A DNA stretch of 64,000 bases, from positions 9,300 through 73,299 of the forward strand of contig CAWHTM010000008.1 in assembly GCA_963832255.1 (NCBI GenBank), given 5' to 3'. Made by a program: the position numbers and the translations under genes. Origin of the DNA: an uncultured Flavobacteriaceae bacterium. GTDB lineage: Bacteria; Bacteroidota; Bacteroidia; Flavobacteriales; Flavobacteriaceae. Positions 19,222 through 29,892 of this stretch are shown one piece after another. The notes below the pieces were generated by a model. It was not told the origin of the DNA. It saw only the letters and a program-made list of their open reading frames with translations, and did not search any database. Each line of letters begins with the position of its first letter. The first letter of the stretch is position 1.

Positions 19222-20325
19222 ATGATTCAATCATTTTTTATTCTCTGCTCTGGAGCAGACAGGGATGTCTTAGATACTTGCTCGCGGGGAGAAAAAAACA
19301 AATATGCAGGAATCGGTGCAACCGTATTTTTTACAGCTGTTCTGGCAACTATAGCAGCAACTTATGCTCTTTATACCGTTTTTGACAATGTGTATAGAGC
19401 AATCCTTTTTGGTCTCCTCTGGGGGTTGGTCATATTTAATCTAGATAGATTTATAGTCTCAACGTTAAAAAAACGGGACCAGTGGTGGAAAGAATTTGGG
19501 ATGGCCGTCCCAAGACTTATACTTGCCATAATTATTGCAGTGGTGATTTCTAAACCTTTAGAGCTCAAAATTTTTGAAAAGGAAATCAATAGAGTAATGC
19601 TTTCCCAAAAAAATGAGTTTACCGTTCAAAATCAAGGCGAGATACTGGCTCAATACACACCAGAAATAAATAAACTCGACGCCCAGATAGATGAGGCAAA
19701 GGAAGAAATTATAACTAAAGAAACAGAGGTAAATAACCTCTATGCAATTTATATCGCAGAGGCAGAAGGAACCGCGGGTACAGAACTTTTAGGTAAAGGA
19801 CCTGTCTATCAAGAAAAAAGGGATAAACACGACGCTGCCTTAACGGAGCTTACTGCGCTTAAAACAGCCAATCAAGAAAAAATCGCTCTCGCTGAAGCAG
19901 AAAAAATAAAATTAAGAGATCAATTTAATACCGCGGTAAGCACTAGCCAGCCCATAATCAATAATTTTGACGGTCTTATGGCCCGTATAGATGCTATGAA
20001 AGAATTGCCTTGGCTGCCGTCCTTTTTCATATTCCTTCTCTTTCTTGCTATAGAGACCGCTCCTATATTTTCAAAACTTATCTCTCCTATGGGAGAATAT
20101 GATATAAAACTGGCAGATCACGATCTAACCATAAAAGAATGGAGTGCCCAGAAGGCTGTCCAGCGTAAGATTCTTACGGAAACAGATCATATTGTAAATG
20201 ATAGGGTCTATACCGATATAGCGCAAGATGAGGAACTCTATAATTATAAAAAGAAGATGGCCAAAGAGATTTTAAAACGCCAGCAAGATGCTTTTTATAG
20301 AAGACAAACGAAGATTTTAGGATAA
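19222..20325 (+). CDS. DUF4407 domain membrane protein
   Basis: IFNLDRFIVS and ISKPLELKIF motifs, coiled coil, GKGP motif. Confidence 0.8.
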   Translation: MIQSFFILCSGADRDVLDTCSRGEKNKYAGIGATVFFTAVLATIAATYALYTVFDNVYRAILFGLLWGLVIFNLDRFIVSTLKKRDQWWKEFGMAVPRLILAIIIAVVISKPLELKIFEKEINRVMLSQKNEFTVQNQGEILAQYTPEINKLDAQIDEAKEEIITKETEVNNLYAIYIAEAEGTAGTELLGKGPVYQEKRDKHDAALTELTALKTANQEKIALAEAEKIKLRDQFNTAVSTSQPIINNFDGLMARIDAMKELPWLPSFFIFLLFLAIETAPIFSKLISPMGEYDIKLADHDLTIKEWSAQKAVQRKILTETDHIVNDRVYTDIAQDEELYNYKKKMAKEILKRQQDAFYRRQTKILG

Positions 20326-20339
20326 CTTATTTTTTTCTA

Positions 20340-20376
20340 AAAGAACTACCCTTTCAAACGAAAGGGTAGTTCTTTT
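20340..20376. terminator. Bidirectional intrinsic terminator
   Basis: AAGAACTACCCTTTC-AAAC-GAAAGGGTAGTTCTT between convergent genes. Confidence 0.85.
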
Positions 20377-20385
20377 AATTCACTT

Positions 20386-21639
20386 TTAAAATTTTCTGTC
20401 AGGACTAAAAGCGCTTATATCCATACGCACCTTCCCTCCATCTATAATTTCTTGTATTAGCTTCCCAGTACTAGGACCTAAACTCCATCCCATCATTGCG
20501 TGTCCCGTTGCGATAGTAAGGTTCTTACACTTCCTGCTTTTACCTATATACGGCATTCCATCTGGAGAAACGGGACGCAATCCGCAAGCGGCACTTTCTT
20601 TTTCATCCTCTGACAGATGGATATCTGGGAAGTATTTTTGAACCCCGTCTGCTATTGCATTTACCCTATTCTTATTAATGGTATGATTGATACCCGCTAT
20701 TTCCATTGTTCCTGCAAATCGGGTAAAACCGTTCATTGGGGTTATCGCTATTTTCGCTTCTGCTAGAATAGAAGGATAGGTAATCCCCGTCTCCTTCTTG
20801 CTCTGGATCCGGTAGCCTTTCCCTGCTTGTAATAAAATATTGAGATCTAGCTTTCGCGAAAGCGTACTTGTCCAACTCCCCGCGGCCATTATGATCTCAT
20901 CTCCGGTGAGCGTTCCATTTTCTGTAATGACTGAAGTTATAGTTTGATTCTTTACTTCAAAGTCCAGCACTTTTTCACCCTGTCTAATTATAACACCATT
21001 TGCGAGTAGGTAATGCTTCATCTCCTGCATAAACTCCCCGGGTGTGGTATGGTGATCACATTTAAAATAAGTTCCTCCCACGATATTCATCGCTACATCT
21101 GGCATCATTTTTTTTATTTCTGCCGTATCAATCGTTCGTGCTTCAAGGCCGGCCTCTACAGCCGTTTCTACTAACTCATTCTCGTGGTGAAGTGTTTTTT
21201 CGGTAGTGCACAGCATCAAAAGCCCTTTTTTCTCGAGCTGGAAATTAAAGCCCTCCTCCATTTTTATCTCGGTGTATAGGTCTCTTCCCAAAACAGCAAT
21301 ATCCTTCATCACGGGCACAGATTTTTTAACGTGGGCCTTGGTGCAAGAGTTATTAAACGCAAGGGACCACTTTAAAAAATCGAGATCAAGCCTAGGTTTA
21401 ATATACAGCGGACTTTTATCTGAAAACATCCATTTTATACCCTGCTTCATCACACCGGGTGCTGCTAAGGGAATTAAGTGACTGGGAGATAGATACCCAG
21501 CGTTTACGTAACTCGTACCACCGTCCATTTTAGACTGATCTACAATGGTCACTTTATGACCCGATTTCTGAAGGAAATAAGCACAGCATACCCCTATGAT
21601 CCCTCCTCCTACTATGATAATTTCTTTTTGAACTGCCAC
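20386..21639 (-). CDS. FAD-dependent D-amino acid dehydrogenase (probably acting on D-hydroxyproline)
   Basis: GGGIIG Rossmann motif, GKGY, GLRP..PDG, GHAMMGWSLGP; directly downstream of the epimerase. Confidence 0.85.
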   Translation of the reverse strand: MAVQKEIIIVGGGIIGVCCAYFLQKSGHKVTIVDQSKMDGGTSYVNAGYLSPSHLIPLAAPGVMKQGIKWMFSDKSPLYIKPRLDLDFLKWSLAFNNSCTKAHVKKSVPVMKDIAVLGRDLYTEIKMEEGFNFQLEKKGLLMLCTTEKTLHHENELVETAVEAGLEARTIDTAEIKKMMPDVAMNIVGGTYFKCDHHTTPGEFMQEMKHYLLANGVIIRQGEKVLDFEVKNQTITSVITENGTLTGDEIIMAAGSWTSTLSRKLDLNILLQAGKGYRIQSKKETGITYPSILAEAKIAITPMNGFTRFAGTMEIAGINHTINKNRVNAIADGVQKYFPDIHLSEDEKESAACGLRPVSPDGMPYIGKSRKCKNLTIATGHAMMGWSLGPSTGKLIQEIIDGGKVRMDISAFSPDRKF

Positions 21640-21670
21640 TTTATCGATCTAAGAAATGAATACTATAATA

Positions 21671-22675
21671 TCAGATAACACTAAAGCCAAAGGCATAAGG
21701 ATCTGCATCATCTATGGTGATGGTATTATGTCCATAGATACGAGCCCATCCTTTTATACTCGGGATTATCGCTTTATGATTACCCAGAGTAACTTCCTTC
21801 TCTACCTTTCCTGTAAATGTTGACCCTATAAAACTCTCGTGCACAAACTCTTCTCCTACCGCTAGTTTCCCTTTTGCGTGCAATTGTGCTAGTCTAGCAC
21901 TCGTGCCAGTGCCACAAGGACTTCGATCAATGGCTTTATCGCCATAAAAAACAGCATTACGACCATCCGATGTACTCTCTAAAGGTATTCCTGTCCACAG
22001 CAAATGAGTTACATCCCTGATCGTCTCATTTTCTGGGTGTATGAATTGGTTAGGGTATTTCTTATTTATCCTGTCACGTACCACTTGGCTCATTGTAATT
22101 ATCTCGCTTGCGCGAAAATCTTGTACTCCAGAAAAATGTTTCTGAGGATCAACGATAGCATAAAAATTGCCGCCGTATGCAACATCAAATGAGATCTCCC
22201 CAAGTCCAGGACAATCTACGGTAAGATTTTCAGCAGCAAGATATGAGGCAACATTCGTGAGTTTTACCCAATCTACCTTATCACCCGTCTTTTTATATGC
22301 GATCTCTACCAAACCTGCAGGGGCTTCCATTCTTATTTTTCCTGGAGTTTTGGGAATTACAATACCTTCCTCAATGGCAATTGTGATGGTTCCTATGGTA
22401 CCGTGCCCACACATAGGGAGACATCCAGACGTTTCTATAAATAATATTGAAAAATCATTTTCTGGATGGTGTGGTGGGTAGAGAATACTACCACTCATCA
22501 TATCGTGACCGCGCGGCTCAAACATAAGACCTCTGCGTATCCAGTCATATTCTTTTAAAAAATGCTGGCGTTTCTCACTCATTGTATTTCCCTTGAGATC
22601 TGGACCGCCTTGTGCAACCAGCCGTACAGGGTTACCGCAGGTATGCGCATCTATGCAAGTAAACGTGTTTTTCAA
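21671..22675 (-). CDS. 4-hydroxyproline epimerase (proline racemase family)
   Basis: DAHTCGNP, EPRGH, MCGHG and DRSPCGTG (two catalytic Cys). Confidence 0.9.
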   Translation of the reverse strand: MKNTFTCIDAHTCGNPVRLVAQGGPDLKGNTMSEKRQHFLKEYDWIRRGLMFEPRGHDMMSGSILYPPHHPENDFSILFIETSGCLPMCGHGTIGTITIAIEEGIVIPKTPGKIRMEAPAGLVEIAYKKTGDKVDWVKLTNVASYLAAENLTVDCPGLGEISFDVAYGGNFYAIVDPQKHFSGVQDFRASEIITMSQVVRDRINKKYPNQFIHPENETIRDVTHLLWTGIPLESTSDGRNAVFYGDKAIDRSPCGTGTSARLAQLHAKGKLAVGEEFVHESFIGSTFTGKVEKEVTLGNHKAIIPSIKGWARIYGHNTITIDDADPYAFGFSVI

Positions 22676-22729
22676 TGAGTCTAGTTATAAATTCTATGAC
22701 TAATTTAATGCATAATTTTATATAAACAC

Positions 22730-24520
22730 TTACTCTACTATTTCCATTTTCTTAAGCAAGAAACTGGCATTCATATTTTTACAAATGCCTTTTTTAAAGG
22801 TGTAGTCAAAGTAAAGCTCGTCATCCTCTATTCTAGCATCAAAATAATAGTTTTCTACATTCTCAAGATCATCTGCTGCCTCACATAGACTTAAGTCGTG
22901 CGTAGCGATTATTCCTGTTGCTCCAGAGGCTACTAATTTATCTACAAACTTACGGGAACCAATAGCTTTATCTGTACTATTGGTACCCTTCAAAATCTCA
23001 TCTAAAATAATGAAGTAGCGCCCCATCTTAATCTCATCTACTATAAATTTAAGTCGTTTGAGCTCCGAGAAAAAATAGCTTTCATCATCTGTAAGGCTAT
23101 CGGTAGTGCGCATACTCGTGATAAGTTTGATAGGATTATAAGACGCGCTTCTTGCACATACGGGTAATCCCATATTACCCATCACTATCTGCAGCGCCAC
23201 GGTGCGCAGGAACGTACTCTTACCCGCCATATTTGCCCCTGTAATAATAAAAAACTGTTCATTTTCTATTTTAATAGTGTTACGTATGGCAATTGTAGGA
23301 TCCAACAATGGGTGCGCCGCGCCTTCAGCTTCAAGCGTGGTTATCCCGTTTGAAATCACCGGATAAGTATGCTCAGGATGATTGAAATCATAATTGCCTA
23401 AACTATTGTACGCATCAAAAAAGGCAATCACTTCAAACCAGACCTCAACATCATTTTTGTAGGTCTCAATCCATTTTTCTATTCCTGAAACGATGGCAAG
23501 ATCCCTCAGAAAAAATCCATTGGTTAGAAACCCAACGATAATATTATTACGCTGATCAAAGCTGTCCAGAAGTCGAGCAAATCTCTTTAAAGTCGTAGAA
23601 CTTGACTGTGAGGGAGATACTACTTTTGTACGCTTTCGCGAAAGCAAAACACTAGTCATATCTTGTTCCTCAATCTCGGCGAGTAGCTTGTGATACTGTT
23701 CAAAGGTGCTTTCTATCTTGCCTGTCTGTGCAGAAAGCGCATTGATTTTTTTTACAAAACGTCCCGTAATTAAAAGTCCGAGCCCAAAAATACCACCCAC
23801 CCAATATCCCGAAAGAATATTTAAAAAATACGCCGAAACCACAAGGATTGATATCCCAGAAAAAACATAGGAAAGCACTTTTGCTTTGGAAGGAATAAAT
23901 GGCTTGTAATCCTTGAGCCAACTCACAACTAGCTCGCCTGTGACCTCTGCTTTAACAAGACTTGCGATTGCTGTAAAACGCTGCCTCCATTCCGGTAGCG
24001 TACCAAGTTCTTTAACTGCTTCTTGCTTCTCAATGATATTCTCAATATCGTTTGCTGTAAATAAATGAGCAAGAAGTGCCCCTCCACTTTTTAAGGAAGT
24101 CCTATTTGTATATTGAAAGAATGAGCCCCTACCAAAAAGATCTATATCCTGACTGTAAAAATCCTGCTCTTGCGTAAAATTTTTGCCATCTGGCAAATCA
24201 TAAAAATCCCTCTTCAGAACCCGAAGTTCTGTCTCATTAGCATCTATAAGAGCCTGTAACAAATCACGTTTGTATTGCAATTTACTATGTCTTGTAATCA
24301 GGAACAGAAAAGCTGCAATCCCTAACAAGACGATTGCTAAAATAATTTGATAATTACTCCTTCCCAAATAGATGCCAACTCCAATTCCTATAAAAACTAA
24401 AAGTCTTATGCTGCTGGAGATGTTTAATGCTGATTTTATAGAAGACCGCTCTTTACTATATTGAGCTTTATGTTCTGTATAATATTTTTCTGGATGTTGC
24501 ATTAGCAGTCTGTCTGTCAT
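22730..24520 (-). CDS. MutS-related membrane-anchored ATPase (MutS domain V)
   Basis: TGANMAGKSTFLR, SYFFSEL, LDEILKGTN and ATHD motifs; N-terminal TM helices. Confidence 0.88.
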   Translation of the reverse strand: MTDRLLMQHPEKYYTEHKAQYSKERSSIKSALNISSSIRLLVFIGIGVGIYLGRSNYQIILAIVLLGIAAFLFLITRHSKLQYKRDLLQALIDANETELRVLKRDFYDLPDGKNFTQEQDFYSQDIDLFGRGSFFQYTNRTSLKSGGALLAHLFTANDIENIIEKQEAVKELGTLPEWRQRFTAIASLVKAEVTGELVVSWLKDYKPFIPSKAKVLSYVFSGISILVVSAYFLNILSGYWVGGIFGLGLLITGRFVKKINALSAQTGKIESTFEQYHKLLAEIEEQDMTSVLLSRKRTKVVSPSQSSSTTLKRFARLLDSFDQRNNIIVGFLTNGFFLRDLAIVSGIEKWIETYKNDVEVWFEVIAFFDAYNSLGNYDFNHPEHTYPVISNGITTLEAEGAAHPLLDPTIAIRNTIKIENEQFFIITGANMAGKSTFLRTVALQIVMGNMGLPVCARSASYNPIKLITSMRTTDSLTDDESYFFSELKRLKFIVDEIKMGRYFIILDEILKGTNSTDKAIGSRKFVDKLVASGATGIIATHDLSLCEAADDLENVENYYFDARIEDDELYFDYTFKKGICKNMNASFLLKKMEIVE

Positions 24521-24531
24521 TTAGAACTCGA

Positions 24532-24888
24532 TTACAAAGAATCTAGTTCTGCTTTTAGTTTTTTAGTGAGCTTACTTACCACAAGATCGTATGAGTGATC
24601 TACAAGTTCTACTAGTAACTCTGGTGGTATTTCTTGAATTAAAACTGTGTTCCAATGTACTTTGCTCATATGATATCCAGCCGCAATTGCTCCCTCATAG
24701 TCCTCTCGAAGTTCTAGGGCTCTCTCTGGATCACATTTGAGATTTACTTGTGGAGGGACCTTGCTCAGCGGGATCAAGGAGAACATCTTACCCATTACTT
24801 TAAATACCAAGGTATCAAAATCAAAAGGAAATTCTTCGGTAACTCCCTTCTTTGCGATACAATATTCTCTCAATACTTCAACATTCAT
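24532..24888 (-). CDS. MmcQ/YjbR family DNA-binding protein
   Basis: FKVMGKMF, NLKCDP and GYHMSKVHWN motifs. Confidence 0.9.
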   Translation of the reverse strand: MNVEVLREYCIAKKGVTEEFPFDFDTLVFKVMGKMFSLIPLSKVPPQVNLKCDPERALELREDYEGAIAAGYHMSKVHWNTVLIQEIPPELLVELVDHSYDLVVSKLTKKLKAELDSL

Positions 24889-25373
24889 CGCACTGTGACT
24901 TTTGCATTCCTAAGCTCATCTCTTTCTGGAGTTTCAAACCAAGTCTCCATAAATTCAAAATCCTTATCAGACACTTCGAAGGTAAATGTCTCACCCTTCT
25001 CCTGGTTGCGCTGCGCTACTTGTCTTTTTCTCGTTTGAGAGTCGATATTTAAATAGTGAAGTTGGTAAGGGATTTTATGATCTTTTGCAAAGCGATAAAA
25101 ATGTTCTCTGCGTTTTTTCTTAGCAAACCCCAAGTCTAAAACCGTAGGAACATTTATTTCATTGAGCTGAAGAACGAGCGATTGTATCATTGTATCAGAC
25201 CTTCTAATGCGATCTAAAAACCAGTCTACTCCGTCTTCATCTGTCTTATCATCTAAAAAAAGTGTCTTATTCCAATCGTCTATAGAAAATAAAATCCCTC
25301 CTACTTCCTTCTTGAGATTGAGGCTATAGGTAGTCTTGCCTGCACCGGTATTCCCTGTAATGAGATGCATCAT
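24885..25373 (-). CDS. AAA-family/P-loop kinase-like protein
   Basis: GNTGAGKTT Walker A; VLDLGF. Confidence 0.8.
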   Translation of the reverse strand: MMHLITGNTGAGKTTYSLNLKKEVGGILFSIDDWNKTLFLDDKTDEDGVDWFLDRIRRSDTMIQSLVLQLNEINVPTVLDLGFAKKKRREHFYRFAKDHKIPYQLHYLNIDSQTRKRQVAQRNQEKGETFTFEVSDKDFEFMETWFETPERDELRNAKVTVR

Positions 25374-25990
25374 TATGCTTCTATTTTCTTAGAAACCTCA
25401 GCCATTGGGATTTCAAGAGCGCTATAATCTAGTTGCCATCCTATGGTTTCAACCAATTTTTGCATAAGCTGTACGGTCTCCATTGCCTGCTTTTTAGCTT
25501 CGTCATAAAGTCCACTCTGAGGGATTTTATCCCGTATGTGTTGCTTTGCCTCTCTGTTTATCTCCGTAAGGTCTGTACTGGTAAAAGGGTTTGCCCACCC
25601 TTCTTTCTTGTCGTAATACTTAAAATCTGTTTCTACAGAAAGTAACTCTGGCTCTGGAAAGTTAAAAAGTTTTATGATTTTCCTTTTATCATCTGCTTCC
25701 ATTTTAATCTTAGTGAGATCAAATCCTATATGGGCCTTTGCGTCTATTAACACGATAGCCTTTTTTGAACCTAGCAAGAGATTCATCCATTTGTTTTTAA
25801 GGCTCTCGTAATGGTATATTTCTGCAAAGTCACCCTCTACGGTAATAAACTTACATACCGTACGTATGCGCTCCATTAACACTACAGATTGTGACTGAGC
25901 GTTAACACTATTAGATTTTTTAGAAAACCAAGAATAAATTATGTAAGCTAGTACTGCTCCTACAGCAAGCCCGATAAATAGTAATTCCAT
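25373..25990 (-). CDS. DUF4230 domain protein
   Basis: N-terminal TM helix; AKAHIGFDLTK and PEPELLS pattern. Confidence 0.78.
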   Translation of the reverse strand: MELLFIGLAVGAVLAYIIYSWFSKKSNSVNAQSQSVVLMERIRTVCKFITVEGDFAEIYHYESLKNKWMNLLLGSKKAIVLIDAKAHIGFDLTKIKMEADDKRKIIKLFNFPEPELLSVETDFKYYDKKEGWANPFTSTDLTEINREAKQHIRDKIPQSGLYDEAKKQAMETVQLMQKLVETIGWQLDYSALEIPMAEVSKKIEA

Positions 25991-26137
25991 ATAGGTAAAG
26001 ATACTTAAAACTGCTTTTTGATAGATGGATAGTTTTTTGAAACGCTGGCTCCCTAGTTGTAAGAACCATTAAAAAAATAAAGGATTACTTTGAGACGTCA
26101 AATTTTCGCGAAAGCGATCTCAAAACAATCCTCGCCT

Positions 26138-26896
26138 TTATGAATTATCAACCACCACTACCTCGTATAAAACTGGTTTACTGGGTGCCGCATCGTTTTC
26201 AAAAGATGCCACTTGAAGATTGAGCAGATAGGTGCCATCTATCACCTTATGAGGCACAAAAATCAGTTCTGTTATAGTCGCACTGAGACGCGGTTTATCG
26301 TTAATATTCCAGAAAGCTTTATGGGCAAGGAGCTCACCGTCATCCTTCTCTTTATCTACACTGGGGAGATCGATAAGCAGGTGCTGTACTCCTATCTTAC
26401 GCAAATACGTCATCGCGTCTTCCTCTATATAAGGCCAGTTAGTGTGCGACCACTCTTTTCTCAACTTGTCCCTACCGTTAGGCAACGTACGTATGACCAG
26501 TGCCTCAGGCTTATTGGATGATAGTGCAAGTTTGAGTTGGCTCTTTGAGATCACAAGGTCTTCACCACTAGGTTCGGGTACTATGGTCACCAACTCTGAA
26601 ATGAAAAAAAACTTTTTAAGATTCTTGTGAATACTGTGTATTTTTTCTGTGATATGGCCAGCCGTCTCCGTATGTGTCCCGTGAGCGTGTGGGTTAAAGA
26701 TAATGGTCGTAAAATTTACATCTCCCCCCTGTGACACATTGCCTATCCACTTCCCATCTCTTACCGTTTCAAATTTGGGTTTATCGATGTACCAAGCTAG
26801 GGGATGATCATTCTCACTGATGGGAATACTGATGTCTATGGGTTGCGCCAGATCTAGATTATAGATTTTATCTTTATGGTAGACAGTTGCTTTCAA
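26138..26896 (-). CDS. Cyclase family metal-dependent hydrolase (kynurenine formamidase-like)
   Basis: HAHGTHTE, DLPSVD and AH motifs. Confidence 0.85.
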   Translation of the reverse strand: MKATVYHKDKIYNLDLAQPIDISIPISENDHPLAWYIDKPKFETVRDGKWIGNVSQGGDVNFTTIIFNPHAHGTHTETAGHITEKIHSIHKNLKKFFFISELVTIVPEPSGEDLVISKSQLKLALSSNKPEALVIRTLPNGRDKLRKEWSHTNWPYIEEDAMTYLRKIGVQHLLIDLPSVDKEKDDGELLAHKAFWNINDKPRLSATITELIFVPHKVIDGTYLLNLQVASFENDAAPSKPVLYEVVVVDNS

Positions 26897-26955
26897 AAAT
26901 GTTATGTTTTCTTAAATATACAAAGTCTATGAATCTTACACAGTATCTGTAGTTG

Positions 26956-28089
26956 CTATTTAAGGTTGAGTAAAAATAAATCTGAGGCGATCCCATCAGA
27001 GAGAAACTTTCCTTTTTTTGTGACATATATTCTATCTCCATCCTGAAAAAGTAAATGTTCTTCTAGATGTTTTACTGCCTGTTTGAGGAAGTATTCTTTA
27101 AATTTTAAGCCAAAAAGCGATGCTATCTTATCTAAAGAGACGCCATACTGTGTGCGCAAGCGTGTCATCACAAACTCATTATATTGGTCTGTTACCGTAA
27201 GCTCTTCTATCTCTCGTGGTAGCTCTCCTACAGAGATGGCTTTTATATAGTTGGGGTTGTTATTTATATTCCACGAGCGGCGTTTACCGTCATAACTATG
27301 TGCGCTAGGGCCTATGCCTATATACGTTTCTCCTTGCCAGTAAGCGGTGTTATTGCGGGAATGAAATCCTTTCAAGGCAAAATTAGAAAACTCGTAGTTC
27401 TCATATCCCGCCTCTTCCATACGTCTTACGAGAATCTCGTGATGTTGCTGTGCAACTTCATCTTCTACGGGAGGAATTATTCCTTTTTTTATAAAATTCT
27501 CTAAAGCAGTTTTTGGCTCCACGGTAAGTGCATAAGCAGATATGTGAGGCACCCCTAATGCTAAAGCCTTGTCAATATTTTTCTCCCATCGCTCATTGCT
27601 CATTCCAGGGATGCCGTAAATGAGATCCAGCGAACTATTAGGAAATCGCTTTCGCGAAAATGTTAAACATTCCACCGCCTCCGTTGCATTGTGGGCTCGG
27701 TTCATCATCTTGAGGTCTTCTTCAAAAAATGACTGCACCCCTATGCTCAATCGGTTGATTTTAGAAGCAGAAAGAGCCTCTATTTTTTCTTTAGTAAGAT
27801 CATCTGGGTTTGCTTCGAGCGTAATCTCAGGATGCTTTTCAATCGTGTACAATGAATAGCATTTTTCAATCAAAGAATCAACCTCAGCAGCCTCTAAAAC
27901 AGAAGGCGTACCTCCACCAAAATATATATTTGAAACCTCCTCGCCCTCAAACTCTGTAGCACGCATTTCTAACTCTGTCGCTAAGGCCTCAAGCATTTCC
28001 TCCTTTTTACCCATAGTGGTAGAAAAGTGAAAATCACAGTAATGACAAGCCTGCTTGCAGAAAGGAATATGAATATAAATGCTCGCCAT
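26956..28089 (-). CDS. hemW: Radical SAM heme chaperone HemW
   Basis: YIHIPFCKQACHYCDF, YFGGGTPS, YEFSNFA. Confidence 0.9.
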   Translation of the reverse strand: MASIYIHIPFCKQACHYCDFHFSTTMGKKEEMLEALATELEMRATEFEGEEVSNIYFGGGTPSVLEAAEVDSLIEKCYSLYTIEKHPEITLEANPDDLTKEKIEALSASKINRLSIGVQSFFEEDLKMMNRAHNATEAVECLTFSRKRFPNSSLDLIYGIPGMSNERWEKNIDKALALGVPHISAYALTVEPKTALENFIKKGIIPPVEDEVAQQHHEILVRRMEEAGYENYEFSNFALKGFHSRNNTAYWQGETYIGIGPSAHSYDGKRRSWNINNNPNYIKAISVGELPREIEELTVTDQYNEFVMTRLRTQYGVSLDKIASLFGLKFKEYFLKQAVKHLEEHLLFQDGDRIYVTKKGKFLSDGIASDLFLLNLK

Positions 28090-28621
28090 TAGTAGGATTC
28101 TTGAGATGATGGTAAAGTTAAAACTCAGATCGCATCTGCCCGCCTATTTCCTCGGATTTCTCAAGTCTAGGTATTTCTTTTGCTCCGTATTTTAATTAGA
28201 AATTGCTTTTGACGTCTAGCCAACGCAAAAAATATCTCAAAGAGTACCTCTGAGTACAACGCTTAAAAGTAAAATAGGTGGTAACACAAATAAGGCTTTC
28301 TCAAAAATTTCCTTACTGTGGCATATTTGTTTTAATGCAGCTTTTTTTTGACGTAGTTATCTTGGCTCAGAAAATCAGCAAGCCAGAAATAGATTAGGAG
28401 AGCGGGAAATGTAAATATGTTTCTTTCGCGAAAGCGTGATGATACAACAACATAACCATTGAGTATTCTAATACTCTACCGTGTTTGGGCTACGAAACCG
28501 TAGTAATCGTGAATAGGAAATTTTAAAAAATTGGTTGATCCAGCTATGACAAGAAGATTTTTCTTAAATCCCGTGTTTGAGAACACTCATCGTAAGGACC
28601 TCTGCAACGAAAGCGTTTCTA

Positions 28622-29359
28622 TTATCTCGCTTTATGCGTTCTTGTCAGAACATATCGTATGTCATATACTTCTACTGAGAACGTAGATCTTATAAGAACT
28701 CTCCCTCCGTTTGCCTCCCAAGTACCAAGCGTATATGCGTTAAAAGAACTTAAATAATAGTGTTCCTGGCCTACCCCTCTAGTAAGCACGAAATCACGTG
28801 TATAAATTTCTCCTACACTTCCTCCTATATCAATACCTAGAGTTACCCTGGTATCATTATTAGTACGTGGCCGCAATTTAAACTCGATTACGACATTAAG
28901 ACCATCGCCATCTCTTCCCGTGATTTGACCTGTGGACTCATCGTAAAAAGTAACCACATCAATAGGCTTTTGGGATTCAATTTTGCTTCCAGCATTATTG
29001 GGAAGATAATATATTGTATTTGCCGCAACGACTCCCGGTGAGGCAGAAGTAAATTGTGTGTCATTATAAACCGCCCATCCTGTGTAATCGTTCACACTAT
29101 TTGCGGCGATTAATCGCTGCCAGCTACCATTATCATAATAGTTAAAAGCCATTTCATCTGTATTATACAATAATAAACCAGATGCTGGGCTAACAATTAG
29201 ATCCCGTTCTGCCGTAGTTAATCGAGGTGTTAACATCCCACCAGTAGTGGAGGTAATATCAAGAATTGACGAAGGATCGGGAGTAGTTGTATTTATACCT
29301 ACTTGTGAACATAGCTGACAAGTGATAGAGAAAAACAAAAGGGTAACAATATATTTCAT
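28622..29359 (-). CDS. Secreted hypothetical protein with QVGINTTTP..SILDI..GML.PRL motif
   Basis: Signal peptide followed by the common Flavobacterial N-terminal motif. Confidence 0.72.
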   Translation of the reverse strand: MKYIVTLLFFSITCQLCSQVGINTTTPDPSSILDITSTTGGMLTPRLTTAERDLIVSPASGLLLYNTDEMAFNYYDNGSWQRLIAANSVNDYTGWAVYNDTQFTSASPGVVAANTIYYLPNNAGSKIESQKPIDVVTFYDESTGQITGRDGDGLNVVIEFKLRPRTNNDTRVTLGIDIGGSVGEIYTRDFVLTRGVGQEHYYLSSFNAYTLGTWEANGGRVLIRSTFSVEVYDIRYVLTRTHKAR

Positions 29360-29892
29360 AAAAAAAAGATGATTTGGGGGGGGAATCCACTTTTTATAGG
29401 CGACTAAAATAAGCTATAATTTTATCAAAACTTACCTTAAGAGGTGATAAATTGACTTTTTAACTATTTTTCATTTAAAAACCCCTATTACTTGTAAGAT
29501 TATTCTTTCAATCTAAAGAACAAGTTTCTATTCGCAACACAAAAAGAGCCTATATATCGTAAAAAGCTATCGATTGGTTTTCAACGGAATAAGAATCCAT
29601 AGGGTCGATTATCAATCCCTGGCTCAGGAACAGAAGGTGATAAAGCAACACATTTTCTTGATAAAGAAGCTTAATTCCCTATTAAGCTATTAGGTGCAAT
29701 GTCAGGAATTGCAGTTGAAAGGTTACCAACACCGATAAAACCGCTTTCGCGGAAGCGGTAAAACTACGCTAAAAGGGTAAATTTTAATACCGTGTATTTA
29801 CAGTGCTAAACACAAATTGTCATTTTAGTGTATTTAAATTTAGACGGAAACAACGTTGGGGAAATGTCTAGGGAATAGAAGACCAAAAAGAT

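Noticed and set aside
28090-28620. 530-bp intergenic region checked for an ncRNA or IS remnant
   Set aside because: No convincing long-range structure, terminal repeats or ORF beyond one TTTCGCGAAA copy.
29376-29383. G8 tract upstream of the secreted hypothetical gene
   Set aside because: A single short homopolymer in a 5' UTR; no evidence of function.
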